This document shows positions 9,245-20,495 of a stretch of 64,000 bases of DNA, one piece after another (positions within the stretch are counted from its first letter, which is position 1; each line of letters begins with the position of its first letter). The translations under genes were made by a program, and so were the position numbers. This DNA comes from Candidatus Fervidifonticultor secundus (GTDB lineage: Bacteria > Sysuimicrobiota > Sysuimicrobiia > Sysuimicrobiales > Humicultoraceae). The stretch covers positions 160,355 to 224,354 of the forward strand of contig JAVKIP010000002.1 in NCBI GenBank assembly GCA_031459385.1, read 5' to 3'. The notes beneath the pieces were generated by a model, which was not told where the DNA came from, did not search any database, and worked only from the letters and a program-made list of their open reading frames with translations.

Positions 9245-9861
9245 TCACGACGCCTCCTTGCTGTACGGAATGCTGCCGGCGGCTGGCGGCGCCAGCGCAA
9301 TGAACCCCCTGCTCTGGGTTATCCCTTCGAGGTACCCGCGGTCCTGCTCGATGGCCAGGTAACCGCCCGCCAGGCCCGCCAGAGCGCCGCTGAGCAGGGC
9401 GCCCGTGTACCGTATGCGAAGCACGTCGATACCCAGCGAGTCGGCCGCCGCGGGGTGCTCGCCCACCGCCCGCAGCCGCAGTCCGAACCGTGTTCGACGC
9501 AACCCCCAGTGGCCCAGCAGCACCAGCACCAGCGCCGCAGGGATCATCGGCGACAGCCCGAAACTGAAGGCCGTCCGCACCGCCGCCAGCGTGCCCACGT
9601 AGTCCTGCCCTTCGATCCTGATGTTTCATAGGTTCGCCCGGCAGGCGAGGGCTGCGGGGAGACCCGAGAAGATCAACGGGATCGCGTTGAAGAAGATCGC
9701 GGCGAGACTGTCGGCCTGCGTCAGGCTGAACCGCAGCATGGTCCCGGACACGTCCAGCGGGCTGCGTCCGATGGCCAGGATGTCCCGGAGGTCACCAGCG
9801 CGCCGCACGCGATAGCTGCCACGGGGACGAGGGCCTGGAGCACCAGCAGCCGGGCGGTCAT
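9245..9861 (-). pseudogene. Fused remnants of two nucleoside ABC permeases (NupB/NupC-like)
   Basis: Early frameshift; PLIFSGL..RANL*NIRIEGQ (TGA where LFNIG.EGQ has Phe), continuing in frame into second-permease motifs TRFGLRLRAVGEHPAAADSLG, RGFIALA, PAA..PY.KE; ~600 bp in total. Confidence 0.8.
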
Positions 9862-9889
9862 GCGCCCGGGTCCTCTGCAGCGCGAGCTG

Positions 9890-10226
9890 CTACCCGGTCT
9901 CGAACTTGTCGATCAGCGGAATCTTCATCCCGCCCACGAAGCCGATCTTCCCAGTCTTGGACTTCATCGCGGCCGCGGCACCCACCCGAAACGATTCCTC
10001 GTGCTCCTTGAACAGCAGGCTCGCCGCGTTCGGCTCCCTGCCGATGAAACCACGCCAGCCCGGTGTACGCCATGTCGTTGAACGACGGGTCCCCGCGGCC
10101 GCCCACATCGTACACCAGGCCGATCCGGAGCTTCTTGGCGTCCGCGGCCGGTGCGGCGGGAAGTGTCCCCGCCGGCAGCAGCGCGCACACGGACAACAGG
10201 ACCACCAAGCGTAGCACGTTCCCCAT
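9890..10226 (-). pseudogene. Truncated BMP-family nucleoside-binding protein
   Basis: Signal peptide + [20 protein letters not shown], then frameshift/deletion to [34 protein letters not shown] and stop. Confidence 0.82.
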
Positions 10227-10332
10227 GCTCCACCCTCCCGGAGCCACCGGAGATCACCGGCGGGCCGTCTCGGTCTCGCCTGGAACCGGTGAGAGAGATT
10301 CGGGGCGCGCACGCCCGTCTCTCCGGTGCCGG

Positions 10333-12717
10333 CTACTGGTCGGCGGCAGTGGTGGATCGCGCGCGCAGCAGGCGTTCCAGCTCGTCGAGGCCGATGAGCA
10401 CCTCGCGGGGATTGCTTCCCTGTACGGGCCCCACGATCCCGCGGGCTTCGAGCTCGTCGATGAGCCGCGCCGCGGTCACATACCCGATGCGCATCTTGCG
10501 CTGGAGCAGCGACACCGACCCGTAGCCGGTGCGCACCACCAGCCGGGCAGCCTCGATGAGGCGCTCGCCATCGATCCCGTCTTCGGCGCCGGCCGTCCGC
10601 TGCGCCGCGACCAGTTGCTGATCGTACACGGGGCGCGCCTGCTGGCGCCACCAATCCACGACCGCCCGGATCTCGGCATCGGCGATGTAGGCGCCCTGCG
10701 CCCGGATCGGACGGCTGGCCCCCAGGGGCAGGAACAGCATGTCCCCGCGTCCCAGGAGCTTTTCGGCGCCGGTCGTGTCCAGGATCGTCCGGCTGTCCAC
10801 CTGGCTGGACACCGCGAAGGCCAGCCGCGACGGGATATTGGCTTTGATGAGTCCGGTGATGACATCCACCGACGGGCGCTGCGTCGCCACCACCAGGTGG
10901 ATCCCGGTGGCCCGCGTCATCTGGGCCAGCCGGCAGATGATGTCCTCAAAGTCGGCGGGCGCCACCATCATCAGATCGGCCAGCTCGTCGATGATGATGA
11001 CGATGTAGTACATGGGCGCTACGTCGGTGCGCTGATTGTAGGCCTGGATGTTGCGGGCGCCGACCTCGGCGAAGCGTTCGAAGCGCTGCTCCATGATGCG
11101 CAACATGTCCTTCAGGACGCTGGCCGCCTGGCGCGGGTTGGTCACGACCGGCGCCAGCAGGTGCGGGATCTCGTTGTAGTCGGTCAGCTCGACCCGCTTG
11201 GGGTCGATCATGACCAGCCGGACCTGATGGGGCGTGGACCGGAAGAGCAGGCTGGCGATCATCGCGTTGAGCATCACGGACTTCCCGGAGCCCGTGGCGC
11301 CGGCGATCAGCAGGTGCGGCATCTCGGCCAGGTCGGCGACGATGGCGCCCCCGGCGATATCCTTGCCGATGCCGACGACGAGGGGCGACGTGGCCTTCTG
11401 GAACAGGTCCGTGTGTAGGATCTCGCGGAGGTGCACCAGGCTCGCCTTCTGGTTGGGGATCTCGATGCCTACGGCCGACTTGCCCGGAATTGGTGCCTCG
11501 ATGCGCACGCTCTGTGCAGCCAGGTTGAGGGCGATGTCGTTGGTGAGGCTGGTGATCTTCTGCACCTTGACCCCGGGCGCCGGCTGCACCTCGAAGCGGG
11601 TCACTACGGGCCCGACCTCCCAGTGCACCACTTTTGCCTCCACCCCAAACGATGCCAGCGTGTTCTCCAGGGCCCTGGCGGTCTCGGCCGGATCCACGCG
11701 GACGCGCCCTCGCGTTGCAGTTGCCGGATCGCCCAGCAGGGAGAGCGGTGGCAGGCGGTACTCGACCGCCGCAAACTCCAGGCGCTCCTGCTGCACATCG
11801 ACCACCTCGGGCCGGCGGCGCCGGCGAGCGCCAGTGCCCGCCGGTCGCTCCGCCGTGCCTTCGTCGCCTGCCGCCTCTACGAGGCCAGCCGTGTGCGCGG
11901 GGGGCCTGGGAGAGCCGTCGTCGATCGCAGGCGGCGGGCTCGCGGAGACCGGCGGCAGGGTCCCGGCGGGGGCCGGCGCCTCGGGCCCATCCGGACCGGA
12001 CCGGGCCGCAGCGACGGGGCCGGCCAGCGTCAGGCGTCCTCGTGCGAGCATGCGACCGGTTTCTGCAGCCAGGGCCGCCAGCACACGGGTCACGCGAGGC
12101 GCTGTCTGGGTGGCCGTCCGGATCAGCGTCCCGGTACCGCGGATCGCCACTCGCCCGGCCCGTCGGGCGACTGTCAGCGCGACCCACGCCGCGGCCACCG
12201 CGCCGTGCCGTGCCGCCCGGGCTGTCGCCACGAGCGCGGCGCCGACCGCCGTGAGTGTCAGCCCGGCGAGCAGCGCCCCTGCGACGACCGCGAACGCTCC
12301 GATCGCCACCCACCGTCCGGTGGGGCCGAGCACCCGCTCAAGTGCCCAGGCCAGGGCGCCGCCTACCACGCCGGCGCCCTGGCCGCGCAGCCCGGCCGCC
12401 AACACATCGCCGCTCGTGGTCCGCAGGTGCAGGATCAATAGCGACGCTACCGTCCCCAGGCACAGCCCTCCGATGCGCCGCGTCATACGCACGCGGGCGC
12501 CGGCAGCCAGCAGCACGAGCCCGGCAGCACCACAGGAGGCAGGCAGCAGCGGCGCCGCGCGGCCCAGGAGCACGCGCTGCCATCGGGCCAGCACCGCGGG
12601 GACTCCTGCCGCGTCGGGGAGGAAGGACAGCGCGAGGAGCAGCGCCAGCACCGCCAGGGTCAGCCCGGCGGCCGCAGCCCGATTCGGAGACGTACGCCGG
12701 CGCCGCGCCACGCTCAT
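10333..12717 (-). CDS. ftsK: DNA translocase FtsK/SpoIIIE
   Basis: N-terminal TMs; [36 protein letters not shown], gamma domain [15 protein letters not shown]. Confidence 0.97.
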   Translation of the reverse strand: MSVARRRRTSPNRAAAAGLTLAVLALLLALSFLPDAAGVPAVLARWQRVLLGRAAPLLPASCGAAGLVLLAAGARVRMTRRIGGLCLGTVASLLILHLRTTSGDVLAAGLRGQGAGVVGGALAWALERVLGPTGRWVAIGAFAVVAGALLAGLTLTAVGAALVATARAARHGAVAAAWVALTVARRAGRVAIRGTGTLIRTATQTAPRVTRVLAALAAETGRMLARGRLTLAGPVAAARSGPDGPEAPAPAGTLPPVSASPPPAIDDGSPRPPAHTAGLVEAAGDEGTAERPAGTGARRRRRPEVVDVQQERLEFAAVEYRLPPLSLLGDPATATRGRVRVDPAETARALENTLASFGVEAKVVHWEVGPVVTRFEVQPAPGVKVQKITSLTNDIALNLAAQSVRIEAPIPGKSAVGIEIPNQKASLVHLREILHTDLFQKATSPLVVGIGKDIAGGAIVADLAEMPHLLIAGATGSGKSVMLNAMIASLLFRSTPHQVRLVMIDPKRVELTDYNEIPHLLAPVVTNPRQAASVLKDMLRIMEQRFERFAEVGARNIQAYNQRTDVAPMYYIVIIIDELADLMMVAPADFEDIICRLAQMTRATGIHLVVATQRPSVDVITGLIKANIPSRLAFAVSSQVDSRTILDTTGAEKLLGRGDMLFLPLGASRPIRAQGAYIADAEIRAVVDWWRQQARPVYDQQLVAAQRTAGAEDGIDGERLIEAARLVVRTGYGSVSLLQRKMRIGYVTAARLIDELEARGIVGPVQGSNPREVLIGLDELERLLRARSTTAADQ

Positions 12718-12724
12718 CCCACCG

Positions 12725-13513
12725 CTACCGTACGGTCGCCAGCACGGCGAGTCCCACGATCCAGCAGTAGACCCCAAACCAGGCGAGCCGGCCCTGCCGC
12801 ACGAACTGCATCACCCACACGATGGCGCCTGCACCTACCGCGGCCGCCACGCCGAACCCGGCCGCCAGGTCCGCCACGTTGATCCCGGCATCCGCCACCC
12901 GATCCAAATCCCTGAGCGAGAACAGCGATGCGCCCACAATGGCGGGCACGGCCATGAGGAACGACAGCCGCGCCGCCTCGGCGCGGCGCAGCCCGAGGGC
13001 GAGCCCTGCCACGATCGTGATGCCCGATCGGGAGATGCCGGGGACGATAGCGGCCGCCTGTGCCACCCCGAGGGCGACCCCGTCGAGCGGGGTGGCGTCG
13101 GTCAGGCCGCGCTGTCCCCGCTCCCGCTGCCAGAGCAAGATCACGCCGGTGACGATCAGCTGCGCCGCGGTGCCCCGCACCGAGGCGAACAGACGCTCCA
13201 GCGGGGAGGCAAATGCCAGCCCGAGGGCCGCGGTGACGGCGGTGGCAACGACGACCGCGGCCGCGGGACGCGCGTAGGGGTCGGCGCGCCGTCCCGCCAC
13301 CCATGCCACCGCACCCCGCGCGAGGCGAACCAGATCCGCCCGGAACAACGCGACGGCCGCGGCCGCGGTGCCGAGGTGCAGCACCGCCTCCAGCACCAAG
13401 CCAGGGCGTCGCACACCCAGAAAGTGCTCTGCGAACAGCAGGTGCGCCGTACTGCTGACGGGAAGGTACTCGGTCAGCCCCTGGACGAGACCCAGGACGA
13501 CGAGGTTGAGCAC
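12725..13513 (-). CDS. uppP: Undecaprenyl-diphosphatase
   Basis: GLVQGLTEYLPVSSTAHL and PGISRSG motifs, SFLM..P. Confidence 0.96.
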   Translation of the reverse strand: MLNLVVLGLVQGLTEYLPVSSTAHLLFAEHFLGVRRPGLVLEAVLHLGTAAAAVALFRADLVRLARGAVAWVAGRRADPYARPAAAVVVATAVTAALGLAFASPLERLFASVRGTAAQLIVTGVILLWQRERGQRGLTDATPLDGVALGVAQAAAIVPGISRSGITIVAGLALGLRRAEAARLSFLMAVPAIVGASLFSLRDLDRVADAGINVADLAAGFGVAAAVGAGAIVWVMQFVRQGRLAWFGVYCWIVGLAVLATVR

Positions 13514-13578
13514 GCCAGCGCTCCTGCGGTTGCTGCGTCGATGTGGTGCGATGCCACCGGGTTCACGCGCGCTGTCCT

Positions 13579-13608
13579 ATCGTACGTCTGTTCGACCGAC
13601 CCCGTCAA
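13579..13608 (-). promoter_or_regulatory. uppP-ftsK promoter with putative LexA box
   Basis: TTGACG (13608-13603), 18 nt, TACGAT (13584-13579); CGAACAGACGTACG (13594-13581) overlaps the -10. Confidence 0.65.
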
Positions 13609-13622
13609 CCGGCGGGCGCACC

Positions 13623-14516
13623 TCAGACCGCGGCAGGGACGAGGTTCAGGGCGTGCAGCACGCCGCGGATCTGCTCCTCTTCCTTGGGCGTCACGTCCAC
13701 CAGCGGCAGCCGGGGCTTCCCGCAGTCGAACCCCGCAAGCCGCAGCGCGGCCTTAACCGGTACCGGGTTCGTCGTGATGAAGAGCACCTTGAAGAGCGGG
13801 AACAGCCTGCGATGGATCCGCAGGGCGTCGGCCACGGCTCCCGAGAAGTGCGCCCGGATCATCTGCTGAATCTCACCGGCTACCAGGTGGCCCGCCACGC
13901 TCACCACGCCCACCGCACCCACCGCGAGCTTCGGGAGCGTGAGGCTGTCGTCGCCACTGTAGATGGCGAACGCGTCGGGCGTCCTCACGCGGATCTCGGA
14001 GACCTGGTCCAGGCTCCCGGCCGCCTCCTTCACCGCGACGATGTTGGGAAGCTGCGCCAGGCGCGCGATCGTCTCGGGCGTACAGTTCACCCCGGTCCGG
14101 CCGGGGATATTGTACAGCATCACCGGCAGCGCTGTGCTCTCGGCGATGGCCCGAAAGTGGGCATAGAGCCCATCCTGCGACGGCCGGTTGTAGTACGGGT
14201 TCACCAGCAGCAGCCCGTCACAGCCCGCGCGCGCGGCCTCCATGGAGAGGTGGATCGAGTGCGCCGTGTCGTAGGTCCCGGTGCCTGCGATGACCTTCGC
14301 CCGGTCCCCGACGGCCTCCTTGACGGTGCGAAACAGCCGGATCTTTTCATCGTCGGAGAGCGTCGGTGCCTCGCCGGTGGTCCCGGCGATCACGAGCCCG
14401 TCGTTGCCGGCGTCGACCAGCCGGCGGGCCAGCTGCGCGACCTTGGCGTAGTCGACCGCGCCGTGGACATCGAAAGGCGTAACCATGGCGGTGACGACAT
14501 GCCCGAACGGCCCCAT
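13623..14516 (-). CDS. dapA: 4-hydroxy-tetrahydrodipicolinate synthase
   Basis: TAMVTPF, GTTGE, PYYNRP, LYNIPGRT, catalytic Lys in IVAVKEA. Confidence 0.97.
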   Translation of the reverse strand: MGPFGHVVTAMVTPFDVHGAVDYAKVAQLARRLVDAGNDGLVIAGTTGEAPTLSDDEKIRLFRTVKEAVGDRAKVIAGTGTYDTAHSIHLSMEAARAGCDGLLLVNPYYNRPSQDGLYAHFRAIAESTALPVMLYNIPGRTGVNCTPETIARLAQLPNIVAVKEAAGSLDQVSEIRVRTPDAFAIYSGDDSLTLPKLAVGAVGVVSVAGHLVAGEIQQMIRAHFSGAVADALRIHRRLFPLFKVLFITTNPVPVKAALRLAGFDCGKPRLPLVDVTPKEEEQIRGVLHALNLVPAAV

Positions 14517-14551
14517 GCTGGATCCCTCCTCGAAGTGCGCGTCTGGCGTGC

Positions 14552-15616
14552 CTACCGCGTGACCACCCCCGCGCGCGGCCGCAGAGAGCCGGAGGCCACC
14601 AGCGCCTCGGCGATCTGCACCGCGTTGGTGGCGGACCCTTTCCGCAAGTTGTCGACACAGATGACCAGCCGCAGGCCGCGGGGGTCGACCCGGTCGGGGC
14701 GGATCAGGCCGACGTAGACCGCATCGCGCCCCGCCGCCAGCAGCGGCGTCGGAAAGCGGCCAGCGGGCGCGTCATCGACGACCTCGATGCCCGGAAACGC
14801 CGCCAGCACGCTCCTGGCTTCCTCCGGCGCCATCGGCCGGGCCAGCGTCAGGTGCACGACGAGCGTGTGCCCCACCAGCACCGGCACGCGGAGCGTGGTC
14901 ACGGTCACCGGCACATCCGCGGCCAGCATCTTACGCGTCTCGGCGACGATCTTGGCCTCTTCCTCGGTATCGCCGTCGGGCTGCCACCTCCACTGGGGAC
15001 GCACATTGAACGCCACCGGGGCGTCATCGCCGGTGGCATCGTGGATGCGTGCCAGGTCGCCGTCCTCCAGCGCCTCGGGCACGGCAAGCAGGCTGCGCGT
15101 CTGGGCCAGCAGCGCCCGGGCGTTCTCGATACCGCCGCCTGACACTGCCTGGTACGTGGCGACGTGCACGCGGCTAAGCCCCGCAGCAGCGGCCAGGGGC
15201 TTCAGGGCCATGACCAGCGCGACCGCACAACAGTTGGGGTTGGCGATGACGCCTGCGTGGGTCCGCAGCGCCTCACCGTTCACCTCGGGCACAACCAGCG
15301 GCACGCGCGGGTCGAGCCGCCAGGTGGAGGAGTTGTCCACGGCCACCCCGCCCCGCTCGGCCACCGCCCATGCGTACCGGCGGCTGGCGTCGTCGCCGCC
15401 CGCAAACAGCACCAAATCGTGTTCCAGGACGCTGTCGCCCGTCTCCTCCACCGTCACCTGCGCGTCGCCGAACGCCAGCGTAGATCCGGCCGACCGTGCC
15501 GTGGCGAACAGGCGCAGGCGCTGTAGCGGGAATCGCCGCTGGGCCAGCACCTTGACCATCGTACGGCCGACGATCCCGGTCGCCCCCACCACCGCCACGC
15601 GCAGGCCTGCCCTCAC
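14552..15616 (-). CDS. asd: Aspartate-semialdehyde dehydrogenase
   Basis: VGATGIVG, VPLVVPEVN, IANPNC, TYQAVSG, RVPV..GH, DNLRKG.A.NAVQIAE. Confidence 0.95.
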   Translation of the reverse strand: MRAGLRVAVVGATGIVGRTMVKVLAQRRFPLQRLRLFATARSAGSTLAFGDAQVTVEETGDSVLEHDLVLFAGGDDASRRYAWAVAERGGVAVDNSSTWRLDPRVPLVVPEVNGEALRTHAGVIANPNCCAVALVMALKPLAAAAGLSRVHVATYQAVSGGGIENARALLAQTRSLLAVPEALEDGDLARIHDATGDDAPVAFNVRPQWRWQPDGDTEEEAKIVAETRKMLAADVPVTVTTLRVPVLVGHTLVVHLTLARPMAPEEARSVLAAFPGIEVVDDAPAGRFPTPLLAAGRDAVYVGLIRPDRVDPRGLRLVICVDNLRKGSATNAVQIAEALVASGSLRPRAGVVTR

Positions 15617-15656
15617 CGTGTGTCAGCCTCCGACCGTCCGCACGTTTTCCGGCATT

Positions 15657-16469
15657 CTAGCGCAAATCCAGCAGGTGCTCCAGCCCGTAGACGAGGCCGT
15701 CGAGGCTGCCGACCCGCCGGATCGCCAGGAGCAGGCCCGGCATGAACGACTCCTCGCTCAGCGAGTCGTGCCGCAGGGTCAGCACCTGTCCCGGGCCGCC
15801 GAAGAGCACTTCCTGATGCGCGCTCAACCCCGGCAGCCGGACGCTGTGGAGCCGCACACCGTCGGCGACGCCGCCGCGGGCGCCCGGCACCATCTCCTCC
15901 TCCGCCACCCCTGGCCCCGGGGCGGTCCCGCGGGCCTCGGCGATCACCCGCGCGGTCTTCAGCGCCGTCCCCGAGGGGGCATCGCGCTTGCGGTCGTGGT
16001 GCAGCTCGATGATCTCCACGTGGGGAAAGAAGCGGCCGGCGACGCGGGCGAACTCCATCATGAGCACCGCACCCAGCGCGAAGTTCGGTGCCACGACGGC
16101 GCCCGTACGACGCGCGGCCGCCAGCGCCCGCAGCGCCTCCAGGTCCGCGGCGCTGAGCCCGGTGCTGCCGACCACGGGGCGAATCCCTCGCTCCAGCGCA
16201 GCCCGCGCGTGGATCGCCGCCGGCGCCCCCGGTACGAACTCGACCAGCACATCGGGCGCAGCCGCCCAGACGGCCTCGGGCTCGGCAACGATCGGCACCC
16301 CGGCGGGGCCGAGGCCGGCCACCTCGCCGGCATCGCGCCCTACCCCCTGCTGGCGGCCCAGCGCCGCTACCAGCCGCAGGTCCGGCTCCCGCAGGACGGT
16401 CCGCACAGCGGCCCGTCCCATGCGCCCTGCCGCGCCACTGACGGCGACGCGCACCGTCCGTTCAGCCAC
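15657..16469 (-). CDS. dapB: 4-hydroxy-tetrahydrodipicolinate reductase
   Basis: GAAGRMG, APNFALG, EIIELHHDRKRDAPSGTA, HSVRLPG; GTG start 16469. Confidence 0.96.
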   Translation of the reverse strand: MAERTVRVAVSGAAGRMGRAAVRTVLREPDLRLVAALGRQQGVGRDAGEVAGLGPAGVPIVAEPEAVWAAAPDVLVEFVPGAPAAIHARAALERGIRPVVGSTGLSAADLEALRALAAARRTGAVVAPNFALGAVLMMEFARVAGRFFPHVEIIELHHDRKRDAPSGTALKTARVIAEARGTAPGPGVAEEEMVPGARGGVADGVRLHSVRLPGLSAHQEVLFGGPGQVLTLRHDSLSEESFMPGLLLAIRRVGSLDGLVYGLEHLLDLR

Positions 16470-16557
16470 GCCCACCACCCTCCGCGCGGGAAGTTCGACG
16501 CGCGCGGGCGATTCTCCCGCGGGCGTTGCCGCGTGACGCGAGACGGGCGAAGGAGTG

Positions 16558-17883
16558 TTAGCCGGCGGCGGTGGCGACCGGTGCCGGCGCGGCCCGCTCG
16601 AGCAGCCCCAGGCACCGCGTGAACGCGCTCTCCAGCCTGGCGCCGAGACCGTCGTGGCTCGCAAAGGGTCCGATGGCGGCCATCGCCAGCTGATCCGCCG
16701 TGAAGATGTCGCGGGCGAGGCGTCGGATCGCCTCCGGTGTCACCCCGTCGATCTTCTGGATCAGCTCATCCATGGTGATCTGCCGGCCGTGATACAGCTC
16801 GGAGCGCGCCAGCTTGCTCATGCGGCTGCCCGTGCTCTCCAGGTTCAGCAGCACGTTACCTTTAAGCGACTCCTTGGCCCGGGCCACCTCGTCGTCCTGG
16901 AGCGTCTCGGCCAGCCGGGCGATCTCGTCCAGCGTGAGCTGCACCACCTCCGGTCCGGCCTCCGGGCTCATGGCCGCGTAGATCACGAACAGCCCGCCTT
17001 CCCGATACGCGGGAGCATACGATGCGATGGTGTACACCAACCCGCGCTTCTCGCGGATCTCGTAGAACAGCCGGCTGGACATGCCGCTGCCGAGGATGTT
17101 GTCGAGCACCTCCAGCGCGTACAGCTCGTCGTCCGCCTGGGCACGGCCGCGGGTGGCCAGGCACAGGTGCACCTGCTCCACGTCCTTGGACCGGAGGCTG
17201 ATGGTGGGCTCCAGGGTGGGGATGCGGGTCGGCTGGGGCGCAGTGCGCCCCTCCCACCCCCCCAGGGACCTCTGCAGCAGGTCTACGACCGTCGCGTGCT
17301 GAACGTTGCCGGCGACGCTGATCACGGTGTTGTCGGGCCGGTACCGCTCGCCCATGTACTGGAGGAAGTCGGCGCGACCCAGGCGCTGCACGGTGTGCCG
17401 CGTCCCGATCACGGGGCGGCCCAGCGGATGTCCGTTCCAGATGGTCTGGACGATCAGATCCTGGACCAGCTCGTCGGGCGAGTCCTCGTAGGTCTTGATC
17501 TCCTCGACGATCACCTGCCGCTCGCGCTCGATCGCCTCCGGGTCAAGCGCCGAGTTCAGCAGCATATCGGCCATCAACTCTACGACCTCGGGCAGATGGG
17601 TCGCCAGGACCTTGACGTAGAAGCAGGTGTGCTCCCGGTCCGTGAAGGCGTTCATCTGGCCGCCGAGAGCGTCCACGGCCTGGGCTAGCTCGAGCGCCGT
17701 CCGCCGGCCTGTCCCCTTGAAGAAGAGGTGCTCGAGGAAGTGCGAGATGCCGTGCACCCGGCTGTCCTCGTAGCGGGACCCGGTCGCCACCCAGACGCCC
17801 AGCGAGGCCGTCCGCACGGCGGGCATGGTCTCGGTCAGGACCCGGATCCCATTGGGGAGCACTGACTTCGCCACCAGCTCCAT
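16558..17883 (-). CDS. M16 (pitrilysin) family zinc peptidase
   Basis: HFLEH inverted zinc motif, NAFT..E.T.F, SSRLF.EIREKRGL.Y; typical position after pnp. Confidence 0.95.
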   Translation of the reverse strand: MELVAKSVLPNGIRVLTETMPAVRTASLGVWVATGSRYEDSRVHGISHFLEHLFFKGTGRRTALELAQAVDALGGQMNAFTDREHTCFYVKVLATHLPEVVELMADMLLNSALDPEAIERERQVIVEEIKTYEDSPDELVQDLIVQTIWNGHPLGRPVIGTRHTVQRLGRADFLQYMGERYRPDNTVISVAGNVQHATVVDLLQRSLGGWEGRTAPQPTRIPTLEPTISLRSKDVEQVHLCLATRGRAQADDELYALEVLDNILGSGMSSRLFYEIREKRGLVYTIASYAPAYREGGLFVIYAAMSPEAGPEVVQLTLDEIARLAETLQDDEVARAKESLKGNVLLNLESTGSRMSKLARSELYHGRQITMDELIQKIDGVTPEAIRRLARDIFTADQLAMAAIGPFASHDGLGARLESAFTRCLGLLERAAPAPVATAAG

Positions 17884-17920
17884 GGCCGTTGCCTCCGTCA
17901 GCACTGCGGGTGCCGTGCTG

Positions 17921-20173
17921 TTACGCGTCGGGCCGCCGATGGGGCCGGGCCCCACCGCTGCGGCGCGGTGGCCGGCTGTCCCGGCGCGGTGGCCGGCTGT
18001 CCCGGCGCGGTCCTCCCGGCTGTGCCCCTGCGCCGGCCCCTGCGGGTTGCGGCTCTTCCACCTCGACGGCCGGTGGCCCGCCCGGCAGGCCTCGCCGGGT
18101 CAAGTTGATCCGCCCCAGGCTGTCGATCTCCTTGACCCGGACCTCCATCTCGTCACCCACCTTCACCACGTCCTCCAGACGGGTGCCCCGCTCGGCGAGC
18201 TCCGAGATGTGCACGAGCCCTTCTTTGCCGGGCAGGACCTCGACGAAGGCCCCGAAGTTCATCAGGCGCGTGACGCGGCCCCGGTAGGTCTCGCCCACCT
18301 GGACTTCCCGCACGATCCCTTCGATCATCTGGATCGCGCGGCGCGCGCCTTCCTCGTTCACCGAGGCGATCACCACGCGGCCGTCCTGCTCGATGTCGAT
18401 CTTGGTCCCGGTCTCGACAGTGATCTTGTTGATCACCTTGCCGCCCGGTCCGATCACATCCCGGATCTTGTCCGGGTTGATCTGCAGGGTGAAGATCCGC
18501 GGCGCATGGGCGGACAGCTGCGCCCGCGGCGCCGGCAGGGTACGCTCCATGACCTCCAGGATCCGCAGCCGGGCGTCGCGCGCCTGTCGGAGGGCATCGG
18601 CCAGGATCTGCCGGGACAGTCCGTGGATCTTGATGTCCAGCTGCAATGCCGTCACGCCCCGCCGTGTCCCGGCCACCTTGAAGTCCATGTCCCCCATCGC
18701 GTCTTCCATGCCCAGAATGTCGGTCAGGACCTCGTAGCGCCCTCCGGGGCCCGTGACGAGCCCCACGGCGATCCCGGCGACCGGCGCCCGCAGTGGGACG
18801 CCGGCGTCCATCAGCGACAGCGTCGACCCGCACACGGCAGCCATGGAGGTACTGCCGTTGGACTCCAGGACCTCGGAGACCACCCGGATCGTGTAGGGGA
18901 ACGTCTCCTCGGGCGGGATCATCGGTTCCAGGGCACGCTCGGCCAGCGCGCCGTGCCCGATCTCTCGCCGTCCCGGACTGCGCAGCGGACGGACCTCTCC
19001 GACAGAGAACGGCGGGAACCAGTAGTGGTGCATGTACCGTTTGGTCTCGAGGATGCCGATATCGTCCAGGCGCTGCTCGTCCTCGCCGGTCCCCAGTGTC
19101 GTGATCGACAGGACCTGCGTTTGCCCGCGCCGGAACAGAGCCGAGCCGTGTGTCCGCGGCAGCAAGCCCACGGCGACCGAGATCGGACGGATCTCGCTCG
19201 GGCGGCGACCGTCGGGCCGGAGGCCTTCCTCCAGGATCCGGCGCCGCACCTCGTCCTTCGCCAGCGTCGCCACGATCTCACCGATATGCCCCAGGTGGTC
19301 CGGAAACTGCTCCGCCAGCCGGGCCTTGACATCGGCCTCCACGGCCCGCAGAGCGTCCTCCCGCGCGATTTTCTCGGGCTGCGCCAGGGCCGCGCGCACC
19401 AGCGGCAGGGCCGCCTCGCGCACCGCGGCCTCGACCTCAGCCGGCGGCGCCACCAGGACTACCTCGCGGCGTGGCTTGCCCGCGCGCGCCGCCAGATCCC
19501 GCTGGGCCGCGATGATCTTCCGGATCTCGCCATGGGCCAGATCGAAGGCGTCCAGCAGGCGATCTTCGGGGACCTCGTCAGCTCCGGCTTCCACCATGAG
19601 GATCGCCTCGTCAGTGCCCGCAACCACCAGATCCAGCGTGCTCTGGTCCTCGATCTGCCGGAGCGTCGGGTTGATGATGAGGCGACCGTAGACCAGGCCC
19701 ACCCGCACGGCGCCCACAGGGCCGTGCCATGGGATGCCCGAGAGCAGCAGCGCCGCGGACGCGCCGTTGACGGCGGCGACCCCCGGGTCATGTTCCTGGT
19801 CGGTGGACAGCACCGTGGCGATCACCTGCACGTCGTTCCGCATCCCCTTGGGAAACAGCGGGCGCAGCGGTCGGTCGATCAACCGGGCCGTCAGGATGGC
19901 GCGCTCCCCGGGACGGCCTTCCCGCTTGAAGAAGCCGCCGGGGATCTTGCCGGCAGCATACATGCGTTCTTCGAAGTCGCAGGTCAGCGGGAAGAAGTCG
20001 ATCCCCTCTCGCGCCTCCTCCGCCATGGTCGCTGCCACCAGCACCACGGTCTCGCCGTGGGTGACGGTGACCGCACCGCCGGCCTGCCGGGCGAGGACGC
20101 CGGTCTCAAAAACCAGGCGCTCGCCGCCGACTTCGGCCTCGGCGCGCTGCGCAACTGCGGCCTGTTCCATCAC
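17921..20173 (-). CDS. pnp: Polyribonucleotide nucleotidyltransferase
   Basis: [41 protein letters not shown] and S1 domains. Confidence 0.98.
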   Translation of the reverse strand: MMEQAAVAQRAEAEVGGERLVFETGVLARQAGGAVTVTHGETVVLVAATMAEEAREGIDFFPLTCDFEERMYAAGKIPGGFFKREGRPGERAILTARLIDRPLRPLFPKGMRNDVQVIATVLSTDQEHDPGVAAVNGASAALLLSGIPWHGPVGAVRVGLVYGRLIINPTLRQIEDQSTLDLVVAGTDEAILMVEAGADEVPEDRLLDAFDLAHGEIRKIIAAQRDLAARAGKPRREVVLVAPPAEVEAAVREAALPLVRAALAQPEKIAREDALRAVEADVKARLAEQFPDHLGHIGEIVATLAKDEVRRRILEEGLRPDGRRPSEIRPISVAVGLLPRTHGSALFRRGQTQVLSITTLGTGEDEQRLDDIGILETKRYMHHYWFPPFSVGEVRPLRSPGRREIGHGALAERALEPMIPPEETFPYTIRVVSEVLESNGSTSMAAVCGSTLSLMDAGVPLRAPVAGIAVGLVTGPGGRYEVLTDILGMEDAMGDMDFKVAGTRRGVTALQLDIKIHGLSRQILADALRQARDARLRILEVMERTLPAPRAQLSAHAPRIFTLQINPDKIRDVIGPGGKVINKITVETGTKIDIEQDGRVVIASVNEEGARRAIQMIEGIVREVQVGETYRGRVTRLMNFGAFVEVLPGKEGLVHISELAERGTRLEDVVKVGDEMEVRVKEIDSLGRINLTRRGLPGGPPAVEVEEPQPAGAGAGAQPGGPRRDSRPPRRDSRPPRRSGGARPHRRPDA
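17961..18011 (+). repeat. 21-bp tandem repeat (~2.4 copies) in the pnp 3' end
   Basis: cggcgcggtggccggctgtcc x2 plus partial copy; encodes PRRDSRP repeats. Confidence 0.85.
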
Positions 20174-20228
20174 AGTCCTTCCTTCCTCGTGGCGATAAAC
20201 TGCGAGATCGTCGCGCTCTCTCCCGGCC

Positions 20229-20495
20229 TCAGCGCCGCAGCCCGAGGTCCTCCACCAGCCGCCGGTAGGCCCCGATGTCCGTACGCTCCAGGTACGCCAG
20301 CAGCCGCCGGCGCTGGCCCACCATCTTGAGCAGCCCCCGACGGGAGTGGAAGTCCTTGGGATGCGTCCTCAGATGCTCGGTGAGCTGAGTGATCCGCTCG
20401 GTGAGCAGCGCGATCTGCACCTCCGGCGACCCGGTGTCGCCCGTATGCCGCGCGTACTTGCCCACGATGCTCTTCTTGACCTCGCCTTTCAGCAT
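20229..20495 (-). CDS. rpsO: 30S ribosomal protein S15
   Basis: [36 protein letters not shown]. Confidence 0.99.
   Translation of the reverse strand: MLKGEVKKSIVGKYARHTGDTGSPEVQIALLTERITQLTEHLRTHPKDFHSRRGLLKMVGQRRRLLAYLERTDIGAYRRLVEDLGLRR

Noticed and set aside
9626..9628. In-frame TGA in the permease as selenocysteine or programmed readthrough
   Set aside because: It replaces a conserved Phe in a gene that also carries frameshifts and deletions; simple decay explains it.
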